DNA of 64,000 nt from Octopus sinensis. Taxonomy: Eukaryota. Numbering within the stretch: position 1 is the stretch's first letter; the number at the start of each line of letters is the position of its first letter. Below are positions 25,111 to 38,609 of the stretch, piece by piece. The DNA lies in the NCBI RefSeq assembly GCF_006345805.1, contig NC_043002.1:1984001-2048000 (forward strand), read 5' to 3'. The notes under the pieces were generated by a model. That model did no database searches and was not told the DNA's origin. It saw only the letters and a list, made by a program, of their open reading frames with translations. Position numbers and translations under genes: made by a program.

Positions 25111-27285
25111 GGACACTAAAATAAGAAGGATATTAAAACTAAAATGAAGGCCAAGTATACAGAACACGTGGTTGACTGGCAACAATATGACCATCCCCAA
25201 ATAAAACAATGAAAGTACTTTCATTCAATAGAACAATAAACAAAAAAGAGTGTCCGATAAAACAACCAATTATTTTATTTTTCTTCTGCTTATTCAAGGA
25301 GGAAAAGAAAATGGTCTTCTCTACCTTTGAAATTATGTTCTTAGATGATTACAGGCGGTTATTGAACTCTATTACTCAGGGTCAGCCCTCCTGTACTTTC
25401 AGGGCTCTGGAACCAAATGTTTAAAAAGCTGTGTATTATTCTTATTAAGAGAGCTGCTAACCATTCCGCAGTGTCCATGGCAATCGATCCATCAACAGTG
25501 TTATGTGAGAGATTGTTTAGAATGGTTAAATAACTTTAATTTAAGTAAACGCTCGGTGTTAACATTAATTAACTTGTTAGGAAATTCATTGGACTTGGGT
25601 AAACATCAGTTGACAAGTTTGTTTCTTTCAACGCAACTGCTATTCATGGTGTTTAAATTGAAATAGAATCTAAATTCTAAAGAGATAACTCTACATGTCT
25701 TCAATTCAGAATCAGTTCTCAAAGTCTGATTACGTTCCGAGACCGTGGTCGAACTATAATCAATATTGTGACATGGGATAAAAATATCTGCAGACTTTAA
25801 ATTAAGATTTGGTAATGATTCTAGTCATGAATCCATTCGCGCTAATATGAGACCGGATTTTAGGAAATCAGATTTCAGAAAAGTGTGTCGTAGCAGCAAC
25901 AAGGGTCGGTCCGTTTGGTCTTGAAGTCCTTGAATTATTTTTGTATCTTTTAATCGTATTGGTTTCTAAGCTTGCTTGCGTCATTATCTAAATTGATATA
26001 GATCCCTTGTGGACCTTGGAATTGATTGACAAAGGAAACAGGAAATAATATCAAGAAGCATTAATGTTTCCCTAAAGTAAATTAGCGCCAAAACGCAATA
26101 TTTGAAAACAAAGCTGAAAATTATAAAAGATTCTGAGAAGTCATTGTTTTGTTCATTGTTTTCAAATTGTTTTTCGTTCGGCATCAAGAAATCTATTCTT
26201 TTACATCTCTTTGTAATAAAAAAAAGTGTTTATTTCAGTTGACAATAGATGCGTCTCTCTTCGGTTGACCGTAAATTCCTCTGATCACTGAATCGAAATT
26301 GCACAAAACTATTAGAGACACACGAAAGGATAATGTAGTAAAAATGAAATGAAATTCTTAATACTGAGTTCTAACTTAGTACAACTACACATAACATTTT
26401 GTTGTTTCATGTTTTGTAATTGTTATTTAGTGGACGATAAACAAGAACGGTTATACAAATTTAATTATGTCGACATACGATAAACAAGTTGGATTACATA
26501 AATATACGATAAATACGAAGGATTATGTAGATATACTATAAGATATATGTTATATGTAGATATAAAGCAAAGTTTTAGATTTAGAAGAAAGTAAATGCTT
26601 GGGTCAAGTGTCACCATTTCAAATCAATGAACTTGAGTGTCTATCGTTGAAGGAAAAGAAATTAGTCGATGATGCACAGACGTGACAGGGAATGTGTGTG
26701 TGGAGGGGATCTTTCTCTCTGTTTGTGTCTGTGTGTGTCTGGGCGTGCGCGATGTGTGTATGTGTATATAAATATGAACGTTCTCATTCTAAATGTAATC
26801 ATCAGTATCGATCTTGGGTGTTACGTTTGGTCCGATAATGAAAGGAAAAGACGTCGAGACTGAAGCGATGCGTCGTCCGTCAACTGAAGAATATTTCTCA
26901 CAACAGCAGAGCAAAGGGAGATTTCGTATGCTAGGTAATGTAGAAAACCCGGGCCAAATATATTTTAATTAAGGCATGACGTATTTGATACCGAACAACG
27001 GCAACAACCACAAAATAAGGTCACCCTCATCAATTACTGGCGAGTCTTAAAGAGGAAATGAGAAATTCTCACAAAATTCCGAATACATTCCTGAAGTTGA
27101 TTTACAGGTTTAGAGAAAAGACAACTTGCTCTTTTTCAAGCCAAAGATAACTATGGACAAATGTTTCAATTTATTTCATCACATCTATGTAATAATGTCT
27201 AACTGAATTACTAGATCAATAAATAGATTTTTCGTATAGGATAAGAGCTACGTATATGTATGATAAGTGTACTTTGCAAAATTTA

Positions 27286-27678
27286 TACTAGCTGGTGTAC
27301 ACGGTAATTACCGGGGGTAAAGATGTTCTAATGAAATGCTTTATTATTAGAAATAGGACACACAAAAAATCATTATTCAAAGTAATCGAACATAAACAAT
27401 GAAATAGATTATTTCCCTTGAGTATTTAAAAAAATATTGTGCAGATGCTATGGGTTATTTCCCTAGGGTGCTTAAAAAATTACTTATATGAGGTAGATAT
27501 AAAGATTCCTTCCAGGGGCCGCATTATCGATTTTTCACCAATCTAAGTATGCCACGAGGTTTCCAGACATGGGTTCTACGCACGTGTCAAGTTTCATCAA
27601 AATCAATAAAACGATGTTGGAAGAGTTAGCTAACAACGCCGCAAAAAACACACACCGATTTCCCACATACGTAGTTTA
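27286..27678 (+). mobile_element. Helentron-associated non-autonomous element (HINE/DINE-1-like)
   Basis: Starts TACTAGCTG with a short IR (cggtaattaccg); contains gtcaagtttcatcaaaatc; ends in tttatata. Confidence 0.6.
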
Positions 27679-27701
27679 TATATATATATATATATATATA
27701 C

Positions 27702-27807
<106 letters not shown>

Positions 27808-27826
27808 GTATATATATATATATATA

Positions 27827-27871
<45 letters not shown>

Positions 27872-28899
27872 ACTATTTTACATAGATAGGGAAAGGTCAG
27901 TGTGACTACTTTTGTAGACGGGCTATTTTGAATTTAACTTTATTATCCAAAGCCATACCAGAGGTATTTTTGAGTTATCTCCATTTTGTTTTGAATTATG
28001 TGAATTACTCTTCGGCAAAAGTACACGTAACATTTTTCTCTCAATAAAATGTCGGTGCACAGATTTTCAGCATGCTGATCCGAGTAATGTGTTCGAGTCC
28101 GAGTAATATGTTCATAGTTGACCCTGGCTTAAATATAAATAGGAGACAATCCATTCTGTATTCTGTAAGCATATAAATTATGTAAGAAATTTATTTTTAA
28201 CATTATATTCCCTTCCTTTGAGAATGAGTAAGTATTTCTTCAACGTTTTCCCGTTTTCTTTTTCTCCACTCAGATGGAAATTTTTCAATGAATTTAAAAT
28301 TGTAGAAGACGTGGCATCTGCATCATTTACTTAGACTTACTTTTTATAAATTGTAGTTAATTTAATTAAAATATCATTAAGTCAGACAAAGACAAACCTA
28401 GAAAAGCCACAAATACGCAATCCAGCATGATTAAATTTTGTCTTCTCCTCCAAAGAACAGGTAATTACGATATCTCAGTCCTGGAACAAAGGTAAAACAG
28501 TAGAGATTAAACGTGATGCTTTCTCCAGGCAGCTGCAGAACAAGTGTTTTGTAGCAAAAGATAATCACCAGCCACCGTTGATTCCGATGCAATGATACAA
28601 AGGGCGTGATTTCTAGTGTAAAACAAGTTATTTTGAATACAATATAGGAATTCACATCTGATAAAGATTCTGGCTTAAAATTTCATTTCTTCACAATTAT
28701 TTTCTCATTGTTTACACCCGTGTTTTACAATTCAAATGTTCACAGTCCTGTTTAAAACAGCTGTCTTCATACAATCTAATAACATGTAGCATTTTCGATA
28801 TAAACATTGGAATTAATTAAAATTACTGGGATTAATTAACGTATTGTTCACACATCTATTCATAACACTCTTTGTTCTGTATTTGATTCACGAAAAGAA

Positions 28900-29400
28900 C
28901 AAACGTTTCCCTTGCATCGTTATTGTCTTTGAGAATAACATATACATCAAAATTCTTCAACTCCTAAAATGGTAGCTTAGCAACTTTGCACTAATATAAA
29001 CAACTGAATCTTTTAATAAAATCTTTGTTCAAAAATGTTTCCTGAATAAACTGTTCATTGTTGACTATGACACCATAATAATACTGAGCCACCATGTTTG
29101 TTCTGCAATGGAAAATGCAGAGGCTGAAACGTTTGGCGTTGGTTTGTATGAAGTTAATAACATTCTGGATGAAATTACCGCATAACACATCTTGGTCTTT
29201 AAACAGTTTGTGTCCCTTGAGTCGACATGGGTCTTAGCCCAGTGGAAACGAACCTTTTTCCTGCTTATTCAATATAACCTCATTGCACTTGGTAGGAGTA
29301 ACGCTCTCTTTAGCCACTCCGTTACGATATCATGTTACCGTCATAGACACCATCTCATCACAACATCACTCAATTCTAAATTAGATGTTCACCGCAAACC
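28900..29400 (-). mobile_element. Decayed Tc1-like transposase fragment
   Basis: KVRFHWAKTHVD and NKHGGSVLLWC motifs in shifting frames. Confidence 0.55.
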
Positions 29401-30339
29401 TATGTGGGTGTTTTGGGGATATTAACAATATGAAAACACGAACACCTAGTAATGAAATTTGCTTTAATGTGAGTAAAATAGGAATGTTGCGGCTTACATA
29501 TTAACTTGTTCTTTTTCTTTTGTTTTTTTCATCGTTTTAACTAATCTTACATGGAATTACCTCAAGAATGATCTTTTGTATAAGTTATCTGTAACTGAAA
29601 TCATAGCTAGATAGGTATTAATGTCAGCAAGGTAGATAAACAGAAACACTACTAATGGAACTGAAGAAGCATTATAAACACAAAAAATAACAAAATGAGA
29701 GAGAGAGAGAGAGAGGCGGGGGAGAAAGACTATTAAGTTAAAAGCGAATATAAATGCCTATGGAATGATAAAATCAATGAAACATAAGAATGTAAAATGA
29801 AAAACGCATAGAATTAGAAAGTAATACAAAATAACGTTGCTGAAACTGAAATATTCAACAAGAAAATAACAAGTCAATCAGACGGAGAGAAAAGCTTCTT
29901 AATTCAGGCACCACTCTGATGGACAAAATAATGTACATATCGTAAATATTGTACTTTGCAGCACCCATATAATAATTTCCATAAAGTTGCTTACATAAGC
30001 CTGAAGCATATGAAAGATAAGAAACGATAATATTCATGTCATTTTCAAGAGAAATGTAAGTAAAGGTATGACTTGAGAGTAAAGCAAAAGTGAGTCAAGT
30101 AAATTGATATCACTTAACGTTCCGCTCGTTCGACACACGCTGCTCTTCATATTCCGGTATTTATAACAAGATAGTAAGAAATGAGGAGCTTACGATAAGG
30201 TTTCTTGTTTGAGCCAGTCAGATGAGAAATAGATATTTGAATATTTGTCATTCAAATGTAATTATAAAATGTCATTAAATTTTGTATTTAAAATATCACT
30301 CAAGGAGACTAATAGAAAATGGTAACCTATATATATATT

Positions 30340-30505
30340 CATAGTTGAAATTTACAAAAAAAAAATAGAAGACGAAGACAGATGTATAAACAACACGCAG
30401 GTGTATAAGTTTGACATTCGGGAAGGTGAGAAAGTCTTTTACGTTTCGAGCCAACACTCTTCAACAGAAAGGAACACGAGGAAATAAACACAGAGATAAA
30501 ATAGT
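30340..30505 (-). mobile_element. Solo pLTR-like short element with minimal hammerhead-like motif (30436-30471)
   Basis: CTTT-CTGTTGA-A-GAGT(gttg)GCTC-GAAAC-GTA-AAAG; same family as 43555-43676. Confidence 0.6.
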
Positions 30506-30880
30506 GTGGTTGCAGAAGTGATACCATGTTGTTGTTGCCAAGAAACTCACGAGTGAGTAGAGCTCGGTGATATGGCAGCTTGTCGTCTTGATGAATCAAA
30601 TTTTTCCGCTGCCGAGTATCCTCCCTCAAACGCTTCAAAAGGTCGCAGGAGAACACTCGATTGATGGTCTTGTCCTGGGGGTCGAATTATCGCTACTCAA
30701 TATTGCGGATGTTGAAACAAATGTGTGCATGAGGGTCATAGAGAGGGTCTTGGAGAGGGTCGTGGAGATGAAAGCGTCTTCAACTATGATGTCTGCTGAT
30801 TTGTCTCAGTGTCCTTCCTATAGACCCACCTCTCGTCACCATTGATGATCCTCAACAAGAAGGATGGATCATCAGCAGCG
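30506..30880 (-). mobile_element. Mariner transposase fragment
   Basis: RIINGDERWVY, CDLLKRLREDTRQR, HQDDKLPYHRALLTREFL. Confidence 0.75.
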
Positions 30881-30955
30881 CAGTGACAGAGACTACAGAA
30901 TACACGTAATCACAACAACATAAATTTCAAACTTGCTAAGCGATGTCACTCGGTG

Positions 30956-31069
30956 CACCACCTCATGAAGTTCACTGTTAGCTCTCACCGCGCACCACCT
31001 CATGAAGGTTACTGTTAGCTCTCACCGCGCACCACCTCATGAAGGTTACTGTTAGCTCTCACCGCGCAC
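30956..31069. repeat. 37-bp minisatellite, three copies
   Basis: CACCACCTCATGAAGGTTACTGTTAGCTCTCACCGCG at 30956, 30993 and 31030. Confidence 0.95.
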
Positions 31070-31136
31070 GCTATCCTGTGCTGCCAACAGTTGGCACGCT
31101 ACAAAACTAGTCCGGAAAATTTATGATGCTACTTCG

Positions 31137-31195
<59 letters not shown>

Positions 31196-31358
31196 ATATA
31201 GTAAGGTGGCCTGTTAGCAATTTTTCAACCGAAAATTATTTAAAATTTATAATTTATAACTCTTATTATTTATAATTTTCACTTTTACCATTATGAAATC
31301 GGTGAATGATTTCTACGGTGATCTTATAAGCTGACAATGTGAGTTGAGTCTAACCTTA

Positions 31359-31416
31359 GGCACCGGTAAGAGCCACTGATGAGCAATAATGTGATCACTG
31401 GTTATCTGGCTGTGCC
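31359..31416 (+). ncRNA. Decayed type I hammerhead with bulged stem I
   Basis: GGCAC-cggtaag-AGCCA-CTGATGA-GC(aataat)GT-GA--TCACTGGTTA-TC-TGGCT-GTGCC. Confidence 0.65.
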
Positions 31417-32818
31417 CGATATTGAGGGGGTTTACCTCCATTGTCAGTCTTTAATATAATGCTTGTCGTGGCTATGAGTTGTCTTTCCTCATATATTCAT
31501 ACATACATACATACATACATACATACATACATGCACTGGTTTTCAAGAGAATAAAAGTAGAAATATTTCTTGAGACATAAAACTTGATTTGTTATTTCAG
31601 ATTAAGTAGAACATAAAGCATAGAAAAGCGTGTGATCCGTGGTTGTATCTGGAATATATAAATCATCCAAACTTGTGGAAAATGTGTTCTTCATAATACA
31701 GTAATGTTGTTCTTTTACAAACTGAGAATTTCAAATTATTTCTACTACATAATGGAATAAATAGAACACTCTTTGTTTTGATAAAGAATTTATTCTTTTC
31801 AGAACAACAAAAATCCTTTTTTTTCCGACATCCACAACTTATCGGTACACCCACTTTTCTTATACATTACATGTCCTCAAATACTTTAATGAATGTCTGA
31901 AGAGTAAGACTTCATCTAAAGATATCAGCTACGGAATCCGATTTATCCCCGTAGAACTTGTATTGCTTCACCTTTCTCTATTTATCACAGAATTATATAA
32001 ATGCATATATGTTACATAACCATTCTATCGCATCGCGTGACAATACTTCTGCGCACACATAACCATTTATCTTCGACTGGCTTTTCAGTTTTGCAATGAC
32101 AGCTGCACACAACTCAGATCTCACTATCTACGAACCTCATTTTATCTTGTTTACAAACAAACAAGATAATGCACCGTAGACTAGCATTAAAGTAACTTTT
32201 GTTGAAGGATTTGATGCATTTCATAGAAATTCGTATTTTCTATGAATAAAATATTTCAATTGTCATAGCAAATGCCATTAGATTTGTAGCATTGTAACAT
32301 GAAAAATAAAATAAAAATAATTTTATCAAGGATTTAACGAATTACAAATCTCTTGCTCGTAGAATAATTTCGGAATATCGAGCATTGACGAAGTGACCTT
32401 AAATACTGTTTTAATCTAATATAAAGGACATCATAAATCTGTCTTCAACGTTTGAAGCGAGAATAGCATACGAGAAAAAATAATATTGCTTTATATTATT
32501 TGAGATTATAAATTGGATTTCGTGTAATACACCGGTTATTACATTTCTACTGTTTAAATGAAAGCATCAAGTATTTATTCAAGAATTTCTAATGCAATGT
32601 TTTCCATGTTTCATAATCGAACCTAAATACCTAAATTTACTTCTTTGTTTCGCTGTAGAAATTAGGTTGTTTCTTCAACTTTTAATATTTTTTTTTACTT
32701 ACATCTGTTTAACGTTTCAAAGTCAAGGCTTTAAAAGATTTGTATTTTAATCACTTCTTCCCTTAGGTTTCGAATACATGTTGTGTTATTCATAATTATT
32801 TACTTATATATACGTATG

Positions 32819-32876
<58 letters not shown>

Positions 32877-33014
32877 CATGTCTGTGTGTGTGCATGTTGA
32901 TGATTACGTATGATAAAATTTCATGATAGGTGTATAAATTTAGCCAGGGTTGAATAGTGCATAATAAAAACATCGGGATATTACCCAGCCCCAAAATATA
33001 GTGTGTGTGCGTGC

Positions 33015-33078
<64 letters not shown>

Positions 33079-33127
33079 TGTGTGTGTGTTTGTATGCAGT
33101 GTATGTGATCGCCTTTCAAATTCACAG

Positions 33128-33290
33128 ACGTCGATTTTGTCTTTCATCCTTTGGGGGTCGATAAAACATGTACCTGTTTAGTACAGGGGTCGATGTAACG
33201 GACTTACCTCCCGCCCCCATCACTGTGGTCGATGTAATGAACTTACCCCCTCCTCCTCAATTGCTGGCCTAGTTTCAAACTTTGAACCAA
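33128..33290 (+). mobile_element. SINE 3' fragment with internal tandem duplication
   Basis: ggtcgatgtaa..acttacc occurs twice; ends ttgaacca. Confidence 0.7.
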
Positions 33291-33526
33291 AATATGTTCT
33301 GGCTCCAATCTTGAAGACAATCTTATAATTTGTTCTATGTTAGATTACTGAAAGAGTATTTCAAGTCACCTTGTTCGGGTACAACGGAATAAAAGACCTT
33401 TTTTACTCGGGCACCAATAGGGCCCTATAAATTTAGGCAGCGGGTAACGAGGTCTTTGCTTAGGCAATGTTTTATGGAAATTACTATTTTTAAATCTCAC
33501 AACGACAGATATTCACCAACAGTACT

Positions 33527-33830
33527 TTGGAGTAAAGATTGTTTGCCAACATAACATGGCAGTCCTGGTTTAGGACGAATGTTGCCGTAATTTAGCCCCA
33601 GGAGACTTCAATTATTCTGTGCTGATGAAGGGAAGTAACCCGGAAATCGCGATACACAGATATATCGTTTTGAGCTGAGTTGGGGTGCTAGATTCCCTTG
33701 TTCGAAAATATAAGGACACAGATCGTGTCGTACAGCCAGCTAGAGTTGATGTCTCCTGGGGCTAAATTACGGCAATATCCGTCCTAAACTAGGACTACCA
33801 TGTTATGTTGGCAAACAATCTTTACTCCAA
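33527..33830. repeat. Inverted duplication with 85-bp arms enclosing a hammerhead
   Basis: 33527-33611 is the reverse complement of 33746-33830 with about 5 mismatches. Confidence 0.92.
33616..33660 (+). ncRNA. Type I hammerhead ribozyme, intact core, palindromic stem III
   Basis: TCTGTG-CTGATGA-A-GGG(aagtaa)CCC-G-GAAA-TCGCGA-TA-CACAGA. Confidence 0.8.
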
Positions 33831-34520
33831 TGTTTTATGGTTTTTTTTCTTTATTCAGTTGTCATTGTGGTTTGAACCAGCGTACAACTTGCGTTCGCAG
33901 TGAAATGTTTATCAAGAACAGTGAAAGTAATTTTTTTTCCTTTCCTTTGCGGTTTATTATTATTTTTTTTTTTTTTGCAGCATCCTGTAGATGCTCGAAA
34001 CTTCCGGTTCGGTAGATCGATGCTGAATGATTCTTGAGATTGCTTCACTACTTGTAATATTTTAAGAAATTCCTTTGCAGTGGTCCGTGCTGTAGTTGAC
34101 ACTGGAGTTAATCGTAATCAGTAATAGATCTAGATCATCTTTTGCTGATGACATGAAAGTCGTGTTTCATTAATTCATTTTGTTTTGAGCAATTTCTAAG
34201 AACAGGTTTCAGGGAATTTATTCAACTTCAAGCCTTGCTCTCTATGTCTCTATTTTTATAGTTCTACGTTTTGTATGAGTGTTGTGCAGTATGAGTTGTA
34301 GCAGTTTAGTGATATTGACGTAGTTCCACTTTTCTTGTATTTTTATTCGCAGAATAACAGAAATCTGTTGCAATTTTGAAGTTTTCCACGTCATTGGAAG
34401 TGAAATACTGAGCGGCTGCTGTGTTGCAAATCTGCATCGGTTGAGAGAACTCCCAAGAAGCCAAATTGTACCCGAAGCAGTTCCTTTTGAAAATAGTCTA
34501 AAATACATTTATTCAGGGTG

Positions 34521-34609
<89 letters not shown>

Positions 34610-34619
34610 CATATATATA

Positions 34620-34659
<40 letters not shown>

Positions 34660-34662
<3 letters not shown>

Positions 34663-35270
34663 CAAGAAGGCCGAGGGTGTCTTGGCATCACTCAGCAAGG
34701 CTTTTGTTAGCCGCTCTCCAGCCATCTATTTAAAACTGTATACAGCTATGGTACGACCACACTTGGAATTCGCATCATCAGTTTGGAACCCCTATCTTGC
34801 TCAGAACATTGACCTCCTGGAATCTATTCAGAGACGTGCAACCAAACGCATACCCTCCATCAGACACCTACCATACTCTGAGCACCTTGTTTCCCTGGGC
34901 ATGGATTCACTGAAGCTCTGGCGTCTGGCGATGGACTTGGTAAACACCCACAAAGTTATCAACCACCTCACCAACAACAACACTGGACACCTTTTTGATC
35001 TTCATGTGTCTAACACACGTGGACATGCCTACAAATTCAGAAAACAACACAGCTCCCATGACTTTCGGAAACGTTTTTTCACGCTCAGAGTTGCTGAAGC
35101 ATGGAACAAACTGCCTGCGTCAGTTGTTGACTGCCATGACAATGCATCCTTTAAGGCCCTCATGCTTTCCGAAATCCGCCGAAACTACACCTGATTATAC
35201 ATACACTTTAGATGAGTTGTAGTGCACCTGAGCACTATACACAATGTTTTATTATTATTATTGTTATTAT
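34660..35270 (+). mobile_element. CR1-clade LINE 3' fragment
   Basis: LYTAMVRPHLEFASSVWNP, LESIQRRATK, TRGHAYK, FFTLRVAEAWNKLP. Confidence 0.9.
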
Positions 35271-35509
35271 ATGTGAGTTATATATTCAATAAGTTCAGTA
35301 ATTAGTTGCTCTCTGTTAATGATGTTTGTTTGATGAATATAACACGTCTTCATCGAATGGATTAATATCGCTTTGTCACTCCTGTCGTAAACAGCCACAA
35401 GAATGCTGATCAGATATTTCTAATTCTTCTCTCTTTCTTTCTCTCTCTCCCTCTCTTTCACTCTCTCTCTCTCTATGTCTTTATTTTTCTCTGCCTCTTC
35501 CTGTCTTTA

Positions 35510-35547
<38 letters not shown>

Positions 35548-36456
35548 ACTCTCTCTCCCCCTCTCTCTCACTCTCTCTTACCCGCACACTCCATGAAATT
35601 CCTTTCGTCTCTCCGTTTAACAAACAAATAATCATATAATTACATCACAATACTTTTGAATATTTATGAATATAAGGATTATTGATAGATTTTCATAAGT
35701 GATTGATTTTCTTTACAATAAAAAAATTGATTTTGGTGATACTAACTTAACCCTTCCAAAACATCACTGATGTCAGGATATATTTTTTCGAATACAAAGT
35801 AATTTTCAATGGGTATCTATAAATATAAATTGTGGAGTATTATACGAGATAGCTACAGAACATGTTTGATGCCCACCCTGAAGTATATGGCATCATAACA
35901 GATTTCTCGGGAAGCTTTCTTACAAAATCTGTATGGCAAGCGAATGATGTAAAGAATGGATGCCAACAATTTTCGAAATACTGCCGAGGTGGTTGGCATT
36001 ACTGATTGCTACCGCCGGTTCACGACATGTATCAGATTTCGAGTGAGTTGTCTCGCTGGTCCACGACTTTCAGGGGTTTTAGTCCCCGGCGTTTTGAAGG
36101 AATCCCCTTCACCACGCTGTTCGCAAACACACCGAACGTGCGCGTCAAGTGTGTCTGGTCGATGATCATTATCACACTAGCGCTGCTTATGTTTCACAAT
36201 TGAATTTATTCTTACGGATTTCATTTTCGGGGCAAACGAGCACGTGACTTTTTAAACATGTAATTCGCACTCCGGGGGTTCGATTCGCCTGCAATTCCGT
36301 TCGGGTACATAGTGTTGATAAGTCACAAAATTGACTTTCATGTTTTAACACCCTGCACTTTGAGGGATTAATCACCACCACACCAAATCGTAGCCTACAG
36401 GCAAACAAACGGTTGCGCTATGGTTATACGTTAGGTATGCGTGGTCGAGAATGAGT

Positions 36457-36682
<226 letters not shown>

Positions 36683-37228
36683 AAACCAATAACTTGTAAA
36701 CTTAGGTGCGTGTGCCTGCTTGCATGTGCATGCATCGTCTACGTTCGAATATTTATGTAAGAACATTTTAAATAGGTCTACATGTTTTGGCCTTGCTACG
36801 GAACTGAAATCTCAGGAAACCGATACTTTTTAGTCCTTGTTAAAGTGATATTGTTCTGAAATTATCTGAAGGACTGATTTCAAGCGAGGAAATAGACTGA
36901 AAAAGAAATACGAAATAGTCTTGTAAATAAATCTGCAAAACAAACAACTACATACATAAAGTTTTTATTATTTTTTTTTTTATAAATGTGATGCATTCTT
37001 CGAGTTTGAGTGAAATTGATTCTATTATCGCAGAAAATTTAGAGGTTAACTGAAAAGCTTCTTTTTTAATGTCAACCTCTAATTCTAGGCTGGCTTCCCT
37101 TCTGCTTATTTCGCTTTCATTTTCTTGTTTTACTTTCACTTTACTAATTTTTTGCGTCGACTAATTTCATTTTCATTCATTTTCGCTGGTTTTTCTCAAA
37201 AATCTATTGCATGACGCGCGAGAGTATT

Positions 37229-37261
<33 letters not shown>

Positions 37262-37838
37262 CATCAGTTAGTTAACGTATTGTAAGATTTAACGTAAGCT
37301 AACGTTAAAGTTTCTGCCAAGACTTCAAACAAAATATGCTATTGAATTTTTGATGAGCTCAAAGACCTAGAAATATTGGTCTACATAAATCTTGCTCTTG
37401 TTTTATTGGTCTATCGATGTTGACGCGCGTGTAGGTTTGTTGATTTTATATCCAAATCAATTAGGAACTGGTTTTATACCGCAATTTAACTTTTTCTTGT
37501 AATTCTCTTTATAATTGCTTTCATACTAAGATCTCTTTAATTCAATGTACAAAATGGTTTTAGTTTCAAATAGTTTTACTAAAATAGTTTTAGTTTCAAC
37601 CAAGAAATTGGTAGAAAACAAGAAATACAGTTATACATACATTCTTGTGTACATGTGTGCATATATGTGTGTATGTGTGTGTGTGTTCATAAATGTTTGT
37701 ATACATGTAAATATATATCTATAAAAAAATTCTACGAATTTATGTTTTATGGTATTCAACATGGCTGTATTTTTCTTTATTCTTCAAATACATATAACTA
37801 AGCACTCTGGCTTACGTTTGTGAGCTCATGTTCATATA

Positions 37839-37887
<49 letters not shown>

Positions 37888-37908
37888 ATATATATTATAT
37901 ATATATAT

Positions 37909-38119
37909 CAAAATGTGACCGCGTTGTACCTTTGGCGATTTTTTTCATCCGTCTTCCCTTCTTTGGATCTTTCCTTTTCCTATGTTTATGATGAAGAGCT
38001 CCGCTCGAAACGTTAAACCATCCTTTCCTTCTTTCCGGAGCGTCCAATAATAATATACTTGTTCCACGTCCTCGCGTTGTTGTGTTTTCTCTTTGTGTTT
38101 TCATGTTTGGATTAACTTT
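37909..38119 (+). mobile_element. Solo pLTR-like element with C3A hammerhead-like motif (37984-38018)
   Basis: GTTT-ATGATGA-A-GAGC(tcc)GCTC-GAAAC-GTT-AAAC; inverted sister copy at 40924-41106. Confidence 0.7.
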
Positions 38120-38136
38120 ATATATATATATATATA

Positions 38137-38532
38137 GGGGTAAAATATGAAAAATCAACGAAAATGCACATTGTAAATAATAAAGGCTTTTTATGACAGG
38201 TAACAGCAAATATATACTTGGATGGACTGAGGTAGTAATAAAAGTCATTATTATAAGATGATTATAAAATGATTATAAAGTCAGATAACAAGCGTACCAT
38301 GGTTTCCGCAAAGCTATTCATCGCTTTAGCCGGTATTTTCAAAGCGATGCGGAAAACATGGTACGCTTTGTTTTCTGACTTTATAATCATTTTATGATCA
38401 TCTTATAATCATCTCATAATAATGACTTTTATTACTATCTCCATCAATCTAAATGTATATATTTGTCGCTACCTGTCATAAAAAGCCTTTTTTATTTACA
38501 ATGTGCATTTTCGTTGATTTTTCATATTTTAC

Positions 38533-38535
<3 letters not shown>
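38137..38535. mobile_element. Foldback MITE (399 bp) flanked by TA
   Basis: GGGGTAAAATATG...CATATTTTACCCC; almost fully palindromic with a 13-nt central loop. Confidence 0.9.
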
Positions 38536-38589
<54 letters not shown>

Positions 38590-38609
38590 CATATACATAT
38601 ATACATATA

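Noticed and set aside
30956-31069. CRISPR-like 37-bp repeats
   Set aside because: Units are contiguous with no spacers; eukaryotic context with no cas genes
34144-34165. CTGATGA-CAT-GAAA hammerhead-like string
   Set aside because: No stem II or stem I; reads as FADDMK, a decayed LINE RT motif
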